From contig CAXXWC010000019.1 in the NCBI GenBank assembly GCA_963668645.2, positions 480,001 through 544,000 on the forward strand: DNA of 64,000 nucleotides, given 5' to 3'. This DNA comes from Desulfobacterales bacterium. Its GTDB lineage: Bacteria; Desulfobacterota; Desulfobacteria; Desulfobacterales; UBA2174. Below are positions 60,677-64,000 of the stretch, piece by piece. A model generated the notes under the pieces. It did no database searches. It was not told where the DNA came from and saw only the letters and a program-made list of their open reading frames with translations. Position 1 is the first letter of the stretch. Every line of letters begins with the position of its first letter. The translations under genes and the position numbers were made by a program.

Positions 60677-61666
60677 GTGGGCGACTTTCTCTATCTGGAA
60701 CGTTTCCGCTGGTTCGACCGGGAACTGCAGCGAGGCCACTTTCCGAATGCCGCCAGCCTGGCCGAGAACTTCGAGCTGTCGCGAAAACAGGCCCAACGCA
60801 CCATCACCCATTTCCGGGACCGCTTTGGTGCACCCCTCGACTATGATGCCCGGCACCGGGGCTACCGCTACCGGGACGACAGCTTCGAACTGCCCCGCCT
60901 GCCGGCCACCCAGGAAGAGCTGCTGGCCGTGCTGCTGGCGCACCGGCTGCTGCGCCACGCCGACGGCGGCCATATCAGCAACCAGATCCAACGGTTCGGC
61001 CGCAAACTGCTCGCTCATCTCGATCATCGCCTCTCTTTCGAGATCCTGGAGCAGTCTTTTTCCGCAGACTGGCACGGCCACAGCCCCATCGACGCCAAGC
61101 TGTTCCGCCTGGTATGCGATGCCCTGCTCAAGCACCGACTGCTACGCTTCGACTACCGCTCGCCGCGCACCGGCGAGACGACCCACCGCACGGTGGAACC
61201 CCATCATCTGCAGCACTACCAGGCAAGCTGGGTGCTCGTCGCGTACTGCCGGCTCCGAGGCCGCTTCCGCAAGTTCTTTCTGGCCCGCATGCGCCGGCCC
61301 CGGATGCTGCCCACCACCTTCACCCCCCGCCCCCCGGAGCAATGGCAAGCCTACTGCAAAGGGGCCTTCGGCATTTTTCAAGGCAAACGCCACGTCCGGG
61401 TCACCCTGAAATTCAACGCCCACCGATCCCGCTGGGTGCGCGAGCAATTCTGGCACCCCCGGCAACAGATCCAGGAACAGTTGGACGGCGGCTTGACCAT
61501 CAGCTTCCCGGTGGCCGATTTTCGCGAGATCAAGCTGGAAATCCTCAGATTCGGCGCCGACTGCGAGGTCCTCGTCCCTGAGGCGCTACGCCAGGAGATT
61601 CAAGAAGAAATCGGCCGCATGGCGGAGGTCTATGCGGATGGTGGCGATAAAAAACATACAATCTAA
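60677..61666 (+). CDS. HTH-WYL-WCX transcriptional regulator
   Basis: FPNA..LAENFELSRKQAQR HTH, RTVEPHHL, WVLVAYC, FFLARM, WHPRQ, EVLVPEALR; start GTG 60677 or TTG 60650. Confidence 0.92.
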   Translation: MGDFLYLERFRWFDRELQRGHFPNAASLAENFELSRKQAQRTITHFRDRFGAPLDYDARHRGYRYRDDSFELPRLPATQEELLAVLLAHRLLRHADGGHISNQIQRFGRKLLAHLDHRLSFEILEQSFSADWHGHSPIDAKLFRLVCDALLKHRLLRFDYRSPRTGETTHRTVEPHHLQHYQASWVLVAYCRLRGRFRKFFLARMRRPRMLPTTFTPRPPEQWQAYCKGAFGIFQGKRHVRVTLKFNAHRSRWVREQFWHPRQQIQEQLDGGLTISFPVADFREIKLEILRFGADCEVLVPEALRQEIQEEIGRMAEVYADGGDKKHTI

Positions 61667-61718
61667 ACAGCAGGTTATCTACGAAGTACCTAAAAAGTGA
61701 GCCGGTGCGAAAAAACCG

Positions 61719-61759
61719 GGGACATAGGACGTTAGATGTCCCATCAGGGATGGTAGAGT
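61719..61759 (+). promoter_or_regulatory. putative WYL-regulator operator/promoter
   Basis: GGGACAT-N10-ATGTCCC palindrome, then 11 nt, then TAGAGT -10 box with extended TG. Confidence 0.55.
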
Positions 61760-61807
61760 GGGGATACTCATAAATCGTACAATCGAAGGAGTCAACGAGG
61801 CATAGCC

Positions 61808-63970
61808 ATGGATTTCGACAAAGCATTCGAGAGCTTGACCGGTTTCTTGCCCATGCGATGGCAGGAGCGTCTTTTCAAGCGGTTTGTAGAAAACGATATC
61901 CCGAGTCTGTGCGATATCCCAACCGGTCTTGGAAAAACCTCTGTGATTGTTATTTGGCTCTTGGCCCTTATAGAGCAGGCGGAATCCGGCCTTGTTCGGT
62001 TACCACGGCGCCTTGTTTACATTGTAAATCGGCGGACAGTCGTAGATCAGGCTACAGAAACGGTAGAACAAATCCGCACAAGGCTATTGCATCCGGATCA
62101 CACAAAATGGCATGGACACGCAAACACCTTAAAAACAATCTCAAAGATTCTAAAAACGCTCTGCGTTACGCGGGACGTTCCGTTGGCGGTTAGCACGCTT
62201 CGGGGGGAACTTGCCGACAACGAGGAGTGGAAGGCCGATCCTGCCCGGGCGGCCATCGTTGTTGGGACGATCGACATGATCGGGAGCAAACTGCTCTTCA
62301 GCGGTTACGGCGATGGTCGTTACTACCGATCCCACCACGCCGGCCTGATCGGGCAGGACTCGATAATCGTTCACGACGAAGCCCACCTCACACCAGCCTT
62401 CAGCGATCTTCTCCGGGCTATCCGAAAGGAGCAGGAGCGAGAAGCGAAACGGAGCAGTGATGTCGGGGGAATCACCCGCCCTGTTCGAGTGATCGAGCTA
62501 TCCGCGACATCGCGCGGAGGTACAGACAATGGGTTTGAGTTGGACCAGGAAGACCTGGAAGATATAATTCCCAGATTGCGCCTTTTAGCATCCAAGCGGC
62601 TATACCTGCACCCAGCTGAAGATAACGACGTTGTCCCGCGGATTGTTGAACTCAGCAGAGCCTCCGGGAAAGTATCCCCCAAGATCCTGATCTACGTTCG
62701 GTCACCCGAGACAGCCAAACAGGTGGTGGAGAGGCTGGCGAGGGATCTTGAGAGTGGGGGCCGCAAACGGATCGCGTTGCTCACTGGTACGATTCGGGGG
62801 TACGAGCGAGATCTGCTCGTCGCCGAAAATCCAGTTTATCGCGCCTTTTTGGATCACACATGTCAGCCTGAAAGCCCGGTATATCTTGTCAGCACCTCCG
62901 CAGGCGAGGTTGGCGTTGATCTGGATGCGGATCATCTCGTATGCGACCTCACGACTCTCGATGCACTGATTCAGCGAATCGGCAGAGTGAACCGCTGCGG
63001 CGGGCCAAGTCGCAAAGCACGAATAGATGTCGTAGGGAAACCTCCGTCAGCCGACGATAAGACAGCGTTTCAAAAGGCGATCAGGAAGACATTCGCCCTC
63101 TTAGAGTCTTACGAAGAAGGAGTTGATGTAAGTCCGAATAACTTGCGTCGGCTGCTTAGCATCGCAGAAGCCGAATGGATAGAAACCGCTTTCTCCCCTA
63201 AGCCGAAAGCCCCAATACTGACCGACATCTTGCTCGATTTGTGGTCCCTGTCCAGTGTCCAGGTAATGCCAGGCCGCCCGGAGGTGGCGCCGTTCCTTCA
63301 TGGTTTCACCCACGATCCCCCTGAGACGATTATCGCCTGGCGCCAGGAAATTCGCCTGCTTGCAAAAAAGAACGTAGACCAAGAGGCTCTAAGCCTCTGG
63401 TTCCGCGCTTGTCGCATCGAAGCAAGAGAACGGCTCCGGGACGTGACAGACCGGGTGAAGAGAGGGCTTGAGAACCTGCTGAAAGAACATAGGCAGCAAG
63501 ATCGAAGCGCCGACTTCCCTGTTGTTCTTTTCAATGAGCGCGGCGAGGCTCACTGGTATCAACTATCCGAGATTGTCGGAAGCCATTTCAGCTTGGCCCA
63601 CCAAACGGTAGTTCTTCCAGTAGAGGTTGCCGGCCTCGACCAAAACGGAATGCTGGATCCAAAAGCGCTTAAGCCTCTTGATGGCGTCAGGCTCGATGTG
63701 GCGGAAAATGGCCCAAGCGACCAATCCAGGCAGAGATGGCTGAGGCGGGGAGTGGATGACACTGAACAGTTTGAGCGGCTGCTGACCGGTGAAACCTCTG
63801 AAGTGCTTCCAGATTATTTCAGGGAAAAGACGAGGATTCCAATCGCTCAACCCGAGGAGGACGAGATAGATTCCGAGAGGGTCGATCTGGTGTTGCTGGT
63901 ATCCCCCGGCCTTTCGGCATTGGAAAACCCAGAAACTGCCAGCGCCCGTCAGACCTTGGTTGCACAGTAA
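61808..63970 (+). pseudogene. cas3: type I-G (I-U) Cas3 helicase, truncated before its C-terminal HD domain
   Basis: IPTGLGKTSVI, LPRRLVYIVNRRTVVDQ, GTIDMIGSKLLFSGYG, HDEAHL, STSAGEVGVDLDAD, QRIGRVNR; ends at RQTLVAQ* where L-x-x-H is expected. Confidence 0.8.
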
Positions 63971-64000
63971 GCGTTCGGCAAACCGCACCCCAACCGCCCG
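63967..64000. mobile_element. probable IS66-family terminal inverted repeat (element runs off the window)
   Basis: GTAAGCGTTCGGCAAACC resembles IS66 GTAAGCG termini and supplies the premature TAA in cas3; only 34 bp visible. Confidence 0.55.

Noticed and set aside
57711..61807. CRISPR array near the cas3 genes
   Set aside because: No regularly spaced direct repeats in 57711-57976, 60560-60676 or 61667-61807.

Overview
GC-rich bacterial chromosome segment; gene content and order suggest a Desulfobacterota (deltaproteobacterial sulfate-reducer-like) genome, which is an inference. 1-28 kb is housekeeping: M1 aminopeptidase, PHP phosphatase, B12-radical SAM, dut, M16 peptidase, the rimP-nusA-infB-rbfA-truB-rpsO-pnp operon, infC-rpmI-rplT-pheST-merR, tRNA-Gly(CCC) and tRNA-Val(GAC). 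28-33.6 kb is a DUF4178/DUF350/membrane-bound spermidine synthase/SPFH cluster. 34-46.6 kb is a lower-GC catabolic island (GntR, TAXI-TRAP, GlcD/GlcF-like oxidoreductase, homocitrate-synthase-like enzyme, MmgE/PrpD). Its binding-protein gene is split inside the signal peptide by a complete 2744-bp two-ORF insertion sequence (26-bp TIRs, 8-bp target duplication, -1 frameshift site). 47-57.7 kb holds trpB2 with an apparent Trp leader-peptide attenuator, EF-P-like EfpL, aspartate kinase, an ECF-like module and YjgN/M48. The window ends with two different type I-G-like Cas3 genes flanking a WYL regulator. The first is orphaned and carries motif substitutions. The second has a WYL-type palindrome upstream and is cut at the start of its HD domain by what looks like an IS66 end. 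No CRISPR array is visible. All calls are by eye from motifs; no searches were run.
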